DNA from: an uncultured delta proteobacterium
GTDB lineage: Bacteria; Myxococcota_A; Polyangia; Polyangiales; B10-G4
DNA: 64,000 bases
Direction of reading: 5' to 3'
Assembly (NCBI GenBank): GCA_963727445.1
Contig: CAVSGI010000011.1
Location: 1-64,000, forward strand
In this document: positions 52,819-63,522 of the stretch, piece after piece
How the letters are laid out: each line of letters opens with the position of its first letter
How positions within the stretch are numbered: position 1 is the stretch's first letter
Made by a program: the position numbers and the translations under genes
The notes under the pieces: generated by a model
What the model was told of the DNA's origin: nothing
The model's input: only the letters and a program-made list of their open reading frames with translations
The model's database searches: none

Positions 52819-53856
52819 TCACTCGCAGCCCTGCTGCGCGGCATCGCGCAAGAAGGCGTCCACGGCGCGCGCCTGCGTGCGCGCGAGGTCCTCGTGCATG
52901 CCGAAACGGGTGATGGCGATGGCGTAGGGCGCACCCTCGTCGGTCGCGTAGACGGTGTAGTCCTCGTCGCCGCTGCGCCAGACGCAGCGCGCCGGGTTGC
53001 GGTTGCACTCGCGCGGACGGCGGTGGCGCATGGTGCCGAGGCGCTCCGAAAACGCGGCGGCGGCGTCGTCGCCGCAGTGGTGCTCGGTGAGCGCCTCGGG
53101 CACGAGGCCGGTCTGTTCCGAGACGAAGACGCTGAGCTGCGAAGGCGGCGCGGCGTCGGCAGAGCGCACCGCCTCGTGAACGCCGCAGACGCCGTCGCCG
53201 CCCCGGACGAAGGTGCGCGCAGCACTACCCTCGCGATTGGGAATGCGCTGCGGGTAGTGGACGATGGCGTTGAGGAAGACCGTGTCGCCTTCGCCTTCGC
53301 GAAAGAAGAACGCGTAGCCGGCGCGCGAGTCGTCTTTCACGGTGCAGCGCGAGAGCTCGCGATTGCAGCTGAACTCGTCGCCGTGGTTGAACACGAAGCC
53401 CAGCCCGGGGTTGTTGGCGATGTTCCGCATCTCGCAGTACTGGTGGATCCCCGCCTCGGCCGGGTCGAAGACACCCACGCCCCACGCCGGATCGACCAGG
53501 CGGCGAAAAGCGAGCCGGTCGGTGGCCGCGGCGAGGATGGCGGCTTCGAGCGTCTCGGCGGTGGGGGAGGTCAAGGGCGGCTCGGCGGGCGCCGCCTCGG
53601 CGACCTCTTCCTCTGCTTCTTCTTCCTCTTCTTCTGCCTCGGTCTCCGAGTCGATTTCCGTCTCCGACTCGGTCTCCGTCTCCGCCACCGTCTCGGTCTC
53701 CGCGCCCGACTCCGTTTCCGTCGCCGTCTCCGTCTCCGTCTCCGAGACCGTCTCGGTCTCCGCGGCCGTATCGGTCTCGGTCTCCGCCACCGGCTGCGCG
53801 CCCCCACAGCCCACGACCGCGCACAGAAGCGCGGCTCCCCAATGCGTTCCCTTCAT
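52819..53856 (-). CDS. Hypothetical lipoprotein with Glu-Thr repeat linker
   Basis: VVGC lipobox; (ET)n and poly-E tracts. Confidence 0.7.
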   Translation of the reverse strand: MKGTHWGAALLCAVVGCGGAQPVAETETDTAAETETVSETETETATETESGAETETVAETETESETEIDSETEAEEEEEEAEEEVAEAAPAEPPLTSPTAETLEAAILAAATDRLAFRRLVDPAWGVGVFDPAEAGIHQYCEMRNIANNPGLGFVFNHGDEFSCNRELSRCTVKDDSRAGYAFFFREGEGDTVFLNAIVHYPQRIPNREGSAARTFVRGGDGVCGVHEAVRSADAAPPSQLSVFVSEQTGLVPEALTEHHCGDDAAAAFSERLGTMRHRRPRECNRNPARCVWRSGDEDYTVYATDEGAPYAIAITRFGMHEDLARTQARAVDAFLRDAAQQGCE

Positions 53857-53942
53857 GGCCGCAGAGGGTAGCGAAAAATCTCTGCCCGGGTGTAAGCGCG
53901 CCCCCGGAGCGGCGTTTCTCCGCTGAACGACGGAGGAAGGCC

Positions 53943-55478
53943 ATGAATCGAGTCACGAAAATTGCCTGTGTCCTCGCGCTGATCGGCGCGACGGGAGCCT
54001 GTGGGGGCGCGACCTATTACTCGAGCCCGGCGGAGGGCGATTACGCGGCGGATGAAGCGGGCGGCTATTACGGGGGCGAGATGGCGGAGGCCACGGGGGC
54101 CGACTACCAGGCGGGCGAGAGCTACTCCCACACCGAGGAGAGCCCGGTCATCGACACGCGACAGGATCGCCTGGCGACCTTCTCTCTCGACGTCGACACC
54201 GCGAGCTACACCATCATGCGCCGCGACATCGACTCCGGCCGGCTCCCGGAGCCCGCCAGCGTGCGCGCCGAAGAGTACGTGAACTTCTTCGACTTCGAAG
54301 ATCGCGGGCCCGACCCGCAGTCGGACACCCCCTTCGCGGTGCACCTCGAGGCGGCGCCCTCACCCTTCGGCCAGGGCAAGCACCTGCTCCGCATCGGCGT
54401 TCGCGCCATGGACGTGGCCGAGCAGGCGCGCCCCCGCACCAACCTCGTCTTCCTCGTCGACGTCTCCGGCTCGATGGCGTCGTCGGAGAAGCTCGGCCTC
54501 GTGCAGTACTCGCTCCAGCAGCTTTCGCAGAACCTCCGCGGAAACGACCGGGTCGCGATCGTGACCTACGCCGGCGCAGACCGCATCGTCCTGCCGCCGA
54601 CCGAGCTCAGCCACCGCGCGCCGGTCGAGCAGGGCATCGCGGGTCTCAGCGCTGGCGGCGGCACCAACGGCGCCGCGGGCATCCGCACCGCCTACGACCT
54701 GGCCGCCCAGCACCTCGTCCGCGGCGGCATCAACCGCGTCATCCTCTGCACGGACGGCGACTTCAACGTCGGCCTCACCGGTGAAGGGCTCATCCAGGAG
54801 GTCGAGCGCCGCCGGGAGCAGGGCATCACCCTGAGCGTGTTCGGCTTCGGGCGCGGAAACCTGAACGACTCCTTCATGGAGCAGCTCGCCGACCGCGGCA
54901 ACGGCAACTACGGCTTCATCGACAACCGCCGCGAGGCGGACCGCGCCCTCGGCCGCGACCTCTCGGCGACCCTGCAGGTGGTCGCCAAGGACGCCAAGGT
55001 GCAGGTCGAGCTCAACGACCGCATCGTGCAGAGCCACCGCATCATCGGCTACGACAACCGCATCCTCGCCCACGAGGACTTCGCTGACGACACGGTGGAC
55101 GCGGCCGAGGTCGGCGCGGGCGATTTCGTCACCGCGTTCATCGAGATCGAGCTTCGCGATGGCGTCGACCTGCGGCAGACCACCGAGTCCCTCGCCGAGG
55201 TTCGCCTCCGCTACAAGGATGCCGACGGCGACCAGAGCTACCTCCGCCGTTATCCCTTCACCGCTCAGGACGCCGTCGGCAGCTTCGAGCGCGCCTCGAG
55301 CTCCTTCCGCTTCGGCGCGGCGGTGGTCGAGTACGCCGAGATCCTCGCCCACTCCCAGCACGCGGACGCCGCCGAGCTCCCGCGCGTCATCGCCATCGCC
55401 GAGGGGGCGCTGGGCCAGCAGGAGGAGCAGCGCGAGTTCGTCGAGCTGGCGCGACGGGCCCAGCAGCTGATGCGCTGA
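53943..55478 (+). CDS. vWA-domain lipoprotein (YfbK/DUF3520 type)
   Basis: TFSLDVDTASY, DVSGSM (MIDAS), TDGDFNVG and IGYDNR motifs. Confidence 0.92.
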   Translation: MNRVTKIACVLALIGATGACGGATYYSSPAEGDYAADEAGGYYGGEMAEATGADYQAGESYSHTEESPVIDTRQDRLATFSLDVDTASYTIMRRDIDSGRLPEPASVRAEEYVNFFDFEDRGPDPQSDTPFAVHLEAAPSPFGQGKHLLRIGVRAMDVAEQARPRTNLVFLVDVSGSMASSEKLGLVQYSLQQLSQNLRGNDRVAIVTYAGADRIVLPPTELSHRAPVEQGIAGLSAGGGTNGAAGIRTAYDLAAQHLVRGGINRVILCTDGDFNVGLTGEGLIQEVERRREQGITLSVFGFGRGNLNDSFMEQLADRGNGNYGFIDNRREADRALGRDLSATLQVVAKDAKVQVELNDRIVQSHRIIGYDNRILAHEDFADDTVDAAEVGAGDFVTAFIEIELRDGVDLRQTTESLAEVRLRYKDADGDQSYLRRYPFTAQDAVGSFERASSSFRFGAAVVEYAEILAHSQHADAAELPRVIAIAEGALGQQEEQREFVELARRAQQLMR

Positions 55479-55500
55479 CGAATCGACGCCGTCCTGACCG

Positions 55501-55533
55501 GACCCCGCTCTCCGCCCTGTGGAGAGCGGGGTC
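55501..55533. terminator. GC-rich hairpin after the vWA gene
   Basis: 13-bp perfect stem GACCCCGCTCTCC/GGAGAGCGGGGTC; no U-tract. Confidence 0.55.
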
Positions 55534-55601
55534 TCGTCGCTCGTGGCGTGCATTGTCACGAGCGGCGCGTAGCTCAGCGGGTGTAGTCTGCCGCCCGAGA
55601 A

Positions 55602-56873
55602 ATGAAGAAGGTCTCCGCCAAAGAAGCCGTCGCCGTCGTGCGCTCCGGCCATCGCGTCTATCTCCACGAGGCGTCGATGGTGCCCATCGTTCTGGTGGAG
55701 GCGTTGGTCGAGCGCAAAGACGAGCTCGAGAGCGTCGAGATCGTCCACCTCCACACCGACGGCCCCGCGCCCTACGCGGACTCGAGCTGCTCCAAGAGCT
55801 TCCGTCACAACGCGCTCTTCGCCGGTCCGAACGTGCGAGACGCCATCGAGGCGGGGCGCGCCGACTTCACGCCGGTCTTCCTCTCGGAGATCCCCTCCAT
55901 CTTCCGCGACGGGACGCTCCCCATCGACGTGACCTTCATCCAGGTGACGCCGCCCGACGCTCACGGCTTCTGCCGTCTCGGTCTCTCCATCGCGACGGCG
56001 CTCTCCGCGGTGGAGCACGCGAAGATCGTGGTCGCCGAGATCAACCCGCGCGTCCCGCATACGATGGGCACGTCCGCCGTGCACGTCTCGGAGATCGACT
56101 ACGCGGTGGAGGTCGACCACCCCCTTCCGACGGTGGAGCCCGCGCCCTTCGGCCCGATCGAGGAGGCGATCGGCAGGAATGTCGCCGCCCTGGTACCGGA
56201 CGGGGCCACGCTGCAGGTGGGGATCGGCAACGTCCCCAACGCCGTGATGGCGGCGCTGAAAGGGCACCGAGACCTGGGCCTGCACACCGAGATGATGAGC
56301 GACGGTCTGGTCGAGCTGATCGAGGCGGGGGTGATCACCAACAGTCTCAAGACGCGATTCGAGCGACGTGGCGTCTGCTCCTTCGCGATGGGGAGCGACA
56401 AGCTCCATCGCTTCCTCGACGGCAATCCCATCGTCGAGATGCACCCGAGTCACATCGTCAACGACCCGAACGAGGTCGGTAAGCAGCATCTGATGACGTC
56501 GATCAACTCGGCCATCGAGATCGACATCACGGGTCAGGTCTGCGCCGACTCGGTGGGCGAGCGCATCTTCAGCGGCATCGGCGGACAGATGGACTTCGTG
56601 CAGGGCTCCCTGCGTTCCCCCGGCGGCAAGGCGATCATCGCGCTCCCCTCCACCACCCGCGGCGGCAAGATCTCGCGCATCGTCCCCCAGCTCCGCCCCG
56701 GAGCCGGCGTCGTCACCACCCGCGGCCACGTCCACTGGGTCGTCACCGAGCACGGCGCCGTGAACCTCCGCGGCCGCACCCTGCGCGAACGGGCCAAGCT
56801 CCTCACCTCCATCGCCCACCCCGACTTCCGCGCCGGCCTCCGCGCCGCCGCCGCCGCCCGCAATCTCTGCTGA
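55602..56873 (+). CDS. Acetyl-CoA hydrolase / 4-hydroxybutyrate CoA-transferase family
   Basis: LQVGIG, LHTEM, SGIGGQMDF and VVTEHG motifs. Confidence 0.93.
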   Translation: MKKVSAKEAVAVVRSGHRVYLHEASMVPIVLVEALVERKDELESVEIVHLHTDGPAPYADSSCSKSFRHNALFAGPNVRDAIEAGRADFTPVFLSEIPSIFRDGTLPIDVTFIQVTPPDAHGFCRLGLSIATALSAVEHAKIVVAEINPRVPHTMGTSAVHVSEIDYAVEVDHPLPTVEPAPFGPIEEAIGRNVAALVPDGATLQVGIGNVPNAVMAALKGHRDLGLHTEMMSDGLVELIEAGVITNSLKTRFERRGVCSFAMGSDKLHRFLDGNPIVEMHPSHIVNDPNEVGKQHLMTSINSAIEIDITGQVCADSVGERIFSGIGGQMDFVQGSLRSPGGKAIIALPSTTRGGKISRIVPQLRPGAGVVTTRGHVHWVVTEHGAVNLRGRTLRERAKLLTSIAHPDFRAGLRAAAAARNLC

Positions 56874-57014
56874 GGCACTGCTGGGGAGGCTGGACCACGC
56901 TGGAGCGACATGCGCTCCATCGGGTGGGCAGGGTGGCCACTCGCGGATGCATTAAGTCTTTGTCAATGGCGCTCAGAGCTCGGCACCTGCCTTGCAGTCC
57001 CGACGCTCGAACCA

Positions 57015-58064
57015 ATGAAGCCGGCAACTCCGAGTCCCCGCGCCGGTTGGGTTCTGATCGCGCTGATGATCGGGTGCTCTTCTGCGCCGATGCCGAGCGA
57101 TCGGGCACCCGACCCTTCTTCGCCTTCCGATGGCGGCACCCGCCTGATGCCCGATGGGGCCGCGTCGGCTGACGACGCCGGCGCGCCTGGTCGGCCACCC
57201 GACGCATCCACACCGCCCGATACCGGCGCGCCCACCGCCACCGGCGGGGACGGATGTGGTCTCGACCCCGGCGACAACGATCGCGTCTGGACCCTCGAGC
57301 ACGACGGGCGCACGCGTCGCTTCGCGGTGCACTTCCCCGCCGGGTACGACCCCGACGCGCCGACGCCCGTGGTCATCGATCTTCACGGCCGCAACAGCAA
57401 CGCGAGCCAGGAGATGATCGTGTCGGGCATGCGCAGCAAGGGAGATCGCGAAGGCTTCATCGCGGTCCATCCCGAGGGCGTGGACGAGACCTGGAACGCC
57501 GGGATCTGCTGCGGCAGCGCCATGAGCAACGACGTGGACGACGTGGGCTTCGTCGCTGCGCTCCTCGACGCCCTCGAAAGCGCGCTCTGCATCGACACCG
57601 ATCGCGTTTTTGCCACCGGGCTGTCGAATGGCGGCTACATGGCGCATCGCCTCGCATGCGATCTCGCGGACCGTATCGCGGCCGTCGCCCCGGTGTCGGG
57701 GCCCAACGGCACGGTCCCCTGCTCACCCGCGAGACCGATATCCGTCCTTCACTTTCACGGGACCGACGACAACATCGTCCCCTACGACGGGTTCGGCGGC
57801 TTCTTCTCGGTGCCCGACACGATGCAGGAGTGGGCGCAGCGGAACGGCTGCTCTGCCACGAGCGAGGTGTACCTGACGATGGGCGACGTCACCTGCAAGC
57901 GCTGGCCCGGCTGCCGTGACGGCGTCAGCGTGGAGCTCTGCACCATCGACGGAGGGGGCCATCAGTGGCCTGGTGGGACGACAATCCCCTTCCTCGGCAA
58001 CAACACGAACGACATCCACGCCACCGACGCGATGTGGACCTTCTTCCAGGCCCACCCGCGCTGA
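57015..58064 (+). CDS. PHB-depolymerase/LpqP-family esterase lipoprotein
   Basis: DLHG, WNAG.CCG, GLSNGG, HGTDD and GGGHQWPG motifs. Confidence 0.9.
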   Translation: MKPATPSPRAGWVLIALMIGCSSAPMPSDRAPDPSSPSDGGTRLMPDGAASADDAGAPGRPPDASTPPDTGAPTATGGDGCGLDPGDNDRVWTLEHDGRTRRFAVHFPAGYDPDAPTPVVIDLHGRNSNASQEMIVSGMRSKGDREGFIAVHPEGVDETWNAGICCGSAMSNDVDDVGFVAALLDALESALCIDTDRVFATGLSNGGYMAHRLACDLADRIAAVAPVSGPNGTVPCSPARPISVLHFHGTDDNIVPYDGFGGFFSVPDTMQEWAQRNGCSATSEVYLTMGDVTCKRWPGCRDGVSVELCTIDGGGHQWPGGTTIPFLGNNTNDIHATDAMWTFFQAHPR

Positions 58065-58082
58065 GGCTCCGTCTCCGCGCGC

Positions 58083-58685
58083 TCAGAGCTCGTGGAAGAT
58101 CGGCTCGCGGATGCTCGTGAACTCTTTGATGGCCGCGAGCGCCGCGTCGTCGAGACGGGTGAAGCGGATCCCCATCCCCGTGTTCAGGTTGCTGTCGAAG
58201 GTCAGGCCTTCGCGCGTCCAAGCGACCACGCCCTCGGCTTGGATCTCGATGCCGCCGGGAAAGGCGAAAGAGAGCGTCACCGCAGTGTCGATCGCCAGCA
58301 ACGAAACGGTGGTGACGAAGATGCCCCCCTCGGAGATGTCCCCGGAGAAGCCGACGAAGAAGTTCGTCTCGGTCTGCAGACCGATCTCGACGTTGATCTG
58401 AGCGCGCGGCGACTTGCGCCGCTCGTCCTCGACCACCGCTGGCGCCGCGCCGTCCCGACCATCGTCCGCGGCCTCGGGCACCGAGGGCGAGCCGGATGCC
58501 TCGTACCAGTCGCGGTAGGCCTTTACGAGCGCGTCCTTCTTGCTGTTCTTGCCCCGGTCGATTCCCACCGACTTGAGCTGGCCGATCATCTTCTTCTTGC
58601 TCAGCTTGGCGAAGGCTTCGGGTGTGGGTCGGGCCGGCTCCGACTTCTTGGCTTCGCTCTCGGGCGTGCTCGCGTCAGTCCGCAT
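58083..58685 (-). CDS. Myxococcales PilZ-domain protein
   Basis: RKSPR, DISEGG and GMGIRF motifs. Confidence 0.88.
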   Translation of the reverse strand: MRTDASTPESEAKKSEPARPTPEAFAKLSKKKMIGQLKSVGIDRGKNSKKDALVKAYRDWYEASGSPSVPEAADDGRDGAAPAVVEDERRKSPRAQINVEIGLQTETNFFVGFSGDISEGGIFVTTVSLLAIDTAVTLSFAFPGGIEIQAEGVVAWTREGLTFDSNLNTGMGIRFTRLDDAALAAIKEFTSIREPIFHEL

Positions 58686-58700
58686 CGTCAGGGCCGTCCT

Positions 58701-60153
58701 TCAGGTGTCGCGCGATTTCGCAGCCTCTTCCTCGCGGAGGAGAGACGCGAGCTGTGCAGTGATCGCATCCATCTGTCTCTGCCGATACTTCGGCCCGATC
58801 TCGTTCTCTTCGAACATGCGCTCCAGATCCGCGGCCTGGTCGAGGAGGTCCTTCTTCTGAAGCTTGCGAGCGCGCGCCGCGTGAACCGGGTCGCCGGCGC
58901 CGCTGCGATAGGCGAAGAGCAGGCCCATGATCAAGAAGACGAGCCCCGCACCGACCGCGATCCAGCGCTCGGGCCCCGGGCCCTCGATACCCGACAGGTG
59001 AATGACGAGCTCCTCGAGGGGAGGATCGGTGGGCTCGCGCTGCAACTCGGTGATCAGCAGCCGGTGACCTTCGGTCTCGGCGACCTCGGCCGAAGGCATG
59101 CCTGCGACGTCGAGGCGCATGTCGGGAGAGGCCAGCGCTTCGACCCGCACCGCGAAGGTGCGGAAGGGAACGGGGACGCGGAAGTCGATCTCGGTTCCGT
59201 CGAGCTCGAGGTCGTAGGCGTAGACCAGGTTGACGCGACCTGGCGGCAGGGAGCCCTCGAGGGTGAAGCCACCCTCCCTCTCGGCGAAGCGCTGGTCGGT
59301 CATGACCTCCTGAGACTGGAAGGCGGTGGCGCCTTCCGGCAGCGCGACCTCCAGGCCCTCGGTCGGGAAGACGTAGAATCTCGCGCGCCAGGTTCACCAG
59401 CTGCAGCTGGTGGACGACGTGGAGGCGCTCCGAGCGGAGCTCGAGGAAGGTGCGATGCAGCATCAAGAGCACGGCGCGGCTAGAGCGCGTGGTGGGCAGC
59501 TTGATGATCGAGACGTGGTAGCCCTGGTCGCTGGGGAGCTGGAAGGGATCCGAGCTCATGCGGGCACCGTCGGCGTAGACGTTGATGCGATAGGCCTGCG
59601 ACTGGCCCGTGGGCAGGTCGGAGAAGAGGGTGAGACCGGTGTCGTCCGTCTCCTGCCGGTTGTGGTCGCGCTCGCCGTCCTGGTGCATCACGGCGAGCTC
59701 CACCTCGACGCCATCCACCGGTAGGCCGTTTTCGTCCACGACCATCACTCGGATCGCGCCGACCGGCACCTCGCGGCTGGGAAGCGCCGAGGAGAGCTCG
59801 GCGGCTTCGCCCGACAGGGCCTGCCGAATGTGGTCGTCTGGCACGCCGGGCTCGTCCCGCTCCTCGCGCGCTTCCTGATCGGTGCGCACTTCTTCGTCAG
59901 CGATTTGCTGGCGCGCTTCGACGGGACCGGTGGGCGGCGGATGACCGGGCGGCAGCGCCTGCTGCGTGGGGTGGCCAGGCGGCAGCGCTTGCTGGGTGGG
60001 ATGGCCGGGCGGCATCGCCTGCTGGGTCGGCGGATGGCCTGGCGGCGTCGCCTGGGTCGGCGGATGCCCGGGCGGAAGGGGCCCTTCGGGCTGCTGGGCA
60101 GCGGCCGAGAGCGGAAGGAGGAGGAGAGCGGCGATGAGCAGGCTACGCATCAC
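58701..60153 (-). CDS. Exported/membrane protein with PPGHP repeats; frameshift near 59380
   Basis: ORF 58675-60153 N-terminus joins the 58701-59303 frame; signal peptide and C-terminal TM; ATGA-coupled to ccmF. Confidence 0.7.
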
Positions 60154-63100
60154 TTGTCCTCCTCTTCGTCGTCGGAGTCCTCTTCATCGTCGGAGTCGTC
60201 TTCGTCGTCGGAGTCGTCTTCGTCGTCGGAGTCGTCTTCGTCGTCGGAGTCGTCTTCGTCGTCGGAGTCCTCTTCGTCGTCGGAGCCGTCTTCGTCGTCG
60301 GAGCCCTCCTCGGCTTCGGCCTCGGCTTCGGCCTCCGCCTTGGACGCGGCCTCTGTCTCTGTCTCGGCCTCTGTCTCTGTCTCGGCCTCCGACGCTTCTT
60401 CCTCCTCCGCCGTCATCTTCACCACGAACTTGTGCGCGCACTTCTTACAGAAGGCCGCGTCGGGGTCGTTCCAGGTGTCGCACTCCTCGCACTTGTGCTC
60501 GCTCACGCGGGCGCCGCAGGCCTTGCACCAATCGGCGTCGCCATCGTTCTCGGTTTCGCAGCTCCAGCAGGTGATGGAACCGGCGAGCGGCGGGGTGGAA
60601 TCGGGGTGCGCCTCGCTCTCGGGCTTCGCCTTGGCCTTCGATTTCGACGTCTTCGGCTTTTTCTTCTTCTTCGCGGCGTCGTCGCGTAGGCGATCGCGGT
60701 AGGGCGAGCCCCTGCCGAGCTTCTCGAGGTGGTTCGCGACCAGCTTCTCGGCGTCGACCACGAAGGCGGCGATGTCCTCGTCGAGGAGCTTGAGGACCTC
60801 GCGCGCGCGGGCGCGGAGGCGCCGCTCGAGGCGGTCGTAGTCCTCGTCCGAGATCTTGCCCATGTCGCGCTCGAACGCGAGGTCCTTGAGGCTCTTCACC
60901 AGGGCGTCCTTCTCCTCCCCCAGCGCCTGCCGCTCGACGCTCGGGGCCGTCGCCGCGAAGGCCAGCGCCTCTTCGGCGCCGAAGGCCCCGCGAAGGCTCT
61001 GCCAGAGGAACCCGAGGAAGGCGAGAACTACCACCGCGGCCAGGAAGATGAACACCATGCCCATCGCCTGCGTCGCACCAAAGCGCAGCATCAGCGCGGC
61101 GATTGTCAGCACCACCAGCGCCGCACCCCCACGGGTGAAGGCACGCAGGCGCTGAACCCGTGCGTTTGCCTCGCGTATGGTGCCTTCGCGCCCGAGGATC
61201 TCCTTCACCGACGGGGAGACAGCGATGAAGGTGCCGAAGATCAGGAAGAGCGCACCGATCCAGATCCACATCACCAGCGGCCGGACGATCACGCGGAAGG
61301 TGCCGCGTCGGCTCTGGGGGTCGACCGACGCCATGATCACGTAGATGTCCTCCACCACACCGTAGCGGATGGCGACCTCGGTGGTGGGCATGTCCGGATG
61401 CGTCCGGTAGATGAACTTCGCCGGCGAGACCAGCGCGACTTCGTCGCCTTCGTCGTCGAGGATGGTCATGTCGGTGAAGACCATCCGCTTCGAGCCGTCG
61501 TTCTCCATCCGCACGTCGTCGTAACGGATCTGGTAGCCCTTGATGTCGAGCGACTCGCCCGGACGGAGCGCCGCTTCCTTCTCGACGTCGTAGGCCGCAC
61601 CGGTGAAGCCGATGTACATCAGCACCACCGCGACGTGGACGAGGTAGCCGCCGTAACGGCGCTTCGCGCGGCTGACGAGGGTGACGAGCGCCGTGCCGAA
61701 GCTCTCCCCCTTGCTCCGCATGCGCACCGACGTGCCCCGCCAGAACTCCTGTACGACGGTGGCGACCACGAAGACGCAGGTGATGACCGAGATCAGCGGC
61801 GCGACGGAGAAGAGCGCGGCCAGGACTTTGTCGGCCGGCGCGTCGTAGACCGCTTCGGCTGGGATGTACGCGGGGAAGCCCACGGCCGAGCCAAAGGCGA
61901 GGTGCAACAGACCCGCGCCGAGCGCGACGGACACAGGAATGGTGAAGGCGCGGACGAGGTTCTTACCCGTGGCCTTGCGCCAGGAGATGAGCGGACCAAC
62001 GCCGGCGAGGATCAACAGCACGATGCCGTAGGGCACCATCCACCGGTTGTAGATGGGGGGGCCGACGGTGACTTCCTCGGACCACAGCCACTCGGACAGG
62101 AGCGGGAAGGTGGTGAGCACCAGGGTGGTCACCATCATGGCGACCAGGATCCAGTTGTTCAGAAGGAAGGCGAACTCCCGGCTCGCGAGCGATTCGATCT
62201 TGTGGACCGCCTTCAGCTCCTTCCAGCGCCAGACGATGAGCGCGGTGCAGACGACCGCGATGAAGCCCATGTACCAGACGAAATAGATGCCGATGTTGCT
62301 CTCGGCAAAGGAGTGGACGCTGGCGATCAGCCCCGAACGGGTCAGGAACGTCCCGAAGATCGTCATGAAGAAGGTCAGACAGATCAGGAAGAGGTTCCAG
62401 CCCTTCAGCATCCCGTAGCGTTCTTGGATGATCACGGAGTGCAGGAAGGCCGTGCCGACCAGCCAGGGCATGAAGGAGGCGTTCTCCACCGGATCCCATG
62501 CCCAGTAACCGCCCCACCCGAGCTCCTCGTAGGACCAGAGCGCGCCGAGCAGTAGGCCGCACGACAGGAAGAGCCACGCCATGAGCGTCCACTTGCGAAT
62601 GGCGAGGAGCCACTCGTCGTGGAGACGCCCGGTGGCGAGCGCGGCGACGGCGAAGGAGAAGGGGATCGACCAACCGACGAAGCCCATGTAGAGCGTCGGC
62701 GGGTGAATGATCATCCAGTAGTTCTGAAGGAGCGGGTTGAGCCCCTCTCCGTCCATGGGCGTCGACGCGGGCGTGATGGCGAAGGGGTTCGCCGCGAAGA
62801 GCATCAGGATCTGGAAGAAGGCGAGGATGCTCATCAGGGTCGCGATGACCCAGGGCTGAAGCTCGACGAAGCGGCCGCGCATCCAGCGCGTGCACACCGC
62901 CGTCCATCCGCTCAAGAGGAACGACCACCACAGCAGTGACCCGTCCTGGCCGCCCCATAGAGAGGTGACGAGGTACCACCACGCCATGGAGCGATCGCTG
63001 TAGCGAGCGACGTAGCGAATGCGGAAGTCGTGCGTCTGGAACGCGTACGCCAACAGGCAGATGCCCAGCGCGATGAGCGCACAGGTCGCGTAGGCGCCGA

Positions 63101-63230
63101 AGCGAGCGGCGCCGAGCATCTGAGGACGGCCACGCCCCGCTGCGAGGCTGACCGCGAAGGTATAGGCGGCGGAAACGAGCGTCGCGCAGATGATGAGGGA
63201 TCCCAGTAGAGGGACGTCGATGGCAGGCAT
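60150..63230 (-). CDS. ccmF: Cytochrome c heme lyase CcmF with long C-terminal extension (TMs, double Zn-ribbon, acidic tail)
   Basis: WGGQDGSLL, HPPTLY and WGGYWAWDPVEN motifs. Confidence 0.93.
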   Translation of the reverse strand: MPAIDVPLLGSLIICATLVSAAYTFAVSLAAGRGRPQMLGAARFGAYATCALIALGICLLAYAFQTHDFRIRYVARYSDRSMAWWYLVTSLWGGQDGSLLWWSFLLSGWTAVCTRWMRGRFVELQPWVIATLMSILAFFQILMLFAANPFAITPASTPMDGEGLNPLLQNYWMIIHPPTLYMGFVGWSIPFSFAVAALATGRLHDEWLLAIRKWTLMAWLFLSCGLLLGALWSYEELGWGGYWAWDPVENASFMPWLVGTAFLHSVIIQERYGMLKGWNLFLICLTFFMTIFGTFLTRSGLIASVHSFAESNIGIYFVWYMGFIAVVCTALIVWRWKELKAVHKIESLASREFAFLLNNWILVAMMVTTLVLTTFPLLSEWLWSEEVTVGPPIYNRWMVPYGIVLLILAGVGPLISWRKATGKNLVRAFTIPVSVALGAGLLHLAFGSAVGFPAYIPAEAVYDAPADKVLAALFSVAPLISVITCVFVVATVVQEFWRGTSVRMRSKGESFGTALVTLVSRAKRRYGGYLVHVAVVLMYIGFTGAAYDVEKEAALRPGESLDIKGYQIRYDDVRMENDGSKRMVFTDMTILDDEGDEVALVSPAKFIYRTHPDMPTTEVAIRYGVVEDIYVIMASVDPQSRRGTFRVIVRPLVMWIWIGALFLIFGTFIAVSPSVKEILGREGTIREANARVQRLRAFTRGGAALVVLTIAALMLRFGATQAMGMVFIFLAAVVVLAFLGFLWQSLRGAFGAEEALAFAATAPSVERQALGEEKDALVKSLKDLAFERDMGKISDEDYDRLERRLRARAREVLKLLDEDIAAFVVDAEKLVANHLEKLGRGSPYRDRLRDDAAKKKKKPKTSKSKAKAKPESEAHPDSTPPLAGSITCWSCETENDGDADWCKACGARVSEHKCEECDTWNDPDAAFCKKCAHKFVVKMTAEEEEASEAETETEAETETEAASKAEAEAEAEAEEGSDDEDGSDDEEDSDDEDDSDDEDDSDDEDDSDDEDDSDDEEDSDDEEEDK
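60163..60306. repeat. 18-bp coding tandem repeat (SDDEDD)n
   Basis: Repeated TCTTCGTCGTCGGAGTCG units. Confidence 0.85.
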
Positions 63231-63522
63231 GGTCCACTGGGACTCTAGCAGACCCCCATCGAAACGTTGCGGACGAGGCCTCGCTTGGCGCAGAGGAGCC
63301 CGCTGGGCCGTGCCAGGGCCCGGACCACAGCCCGGTACTTTTTCAGATCGCGTCGCAGCTGGGAGCGCAGCGATTCGCCCCTTCGTCGCAGACCGTGCCG
63401 GCGGCGCGGCGCGCGCGGGGGCAGAAGTCCTCCTCGATCGGCACAGATTGTGCGCCCCGAGTCACGAAGGATGTCTGCGCGGGACGGCCTGCGGTAGCAT
63501 CCGCCGCCCCTGGGAGGTGACC

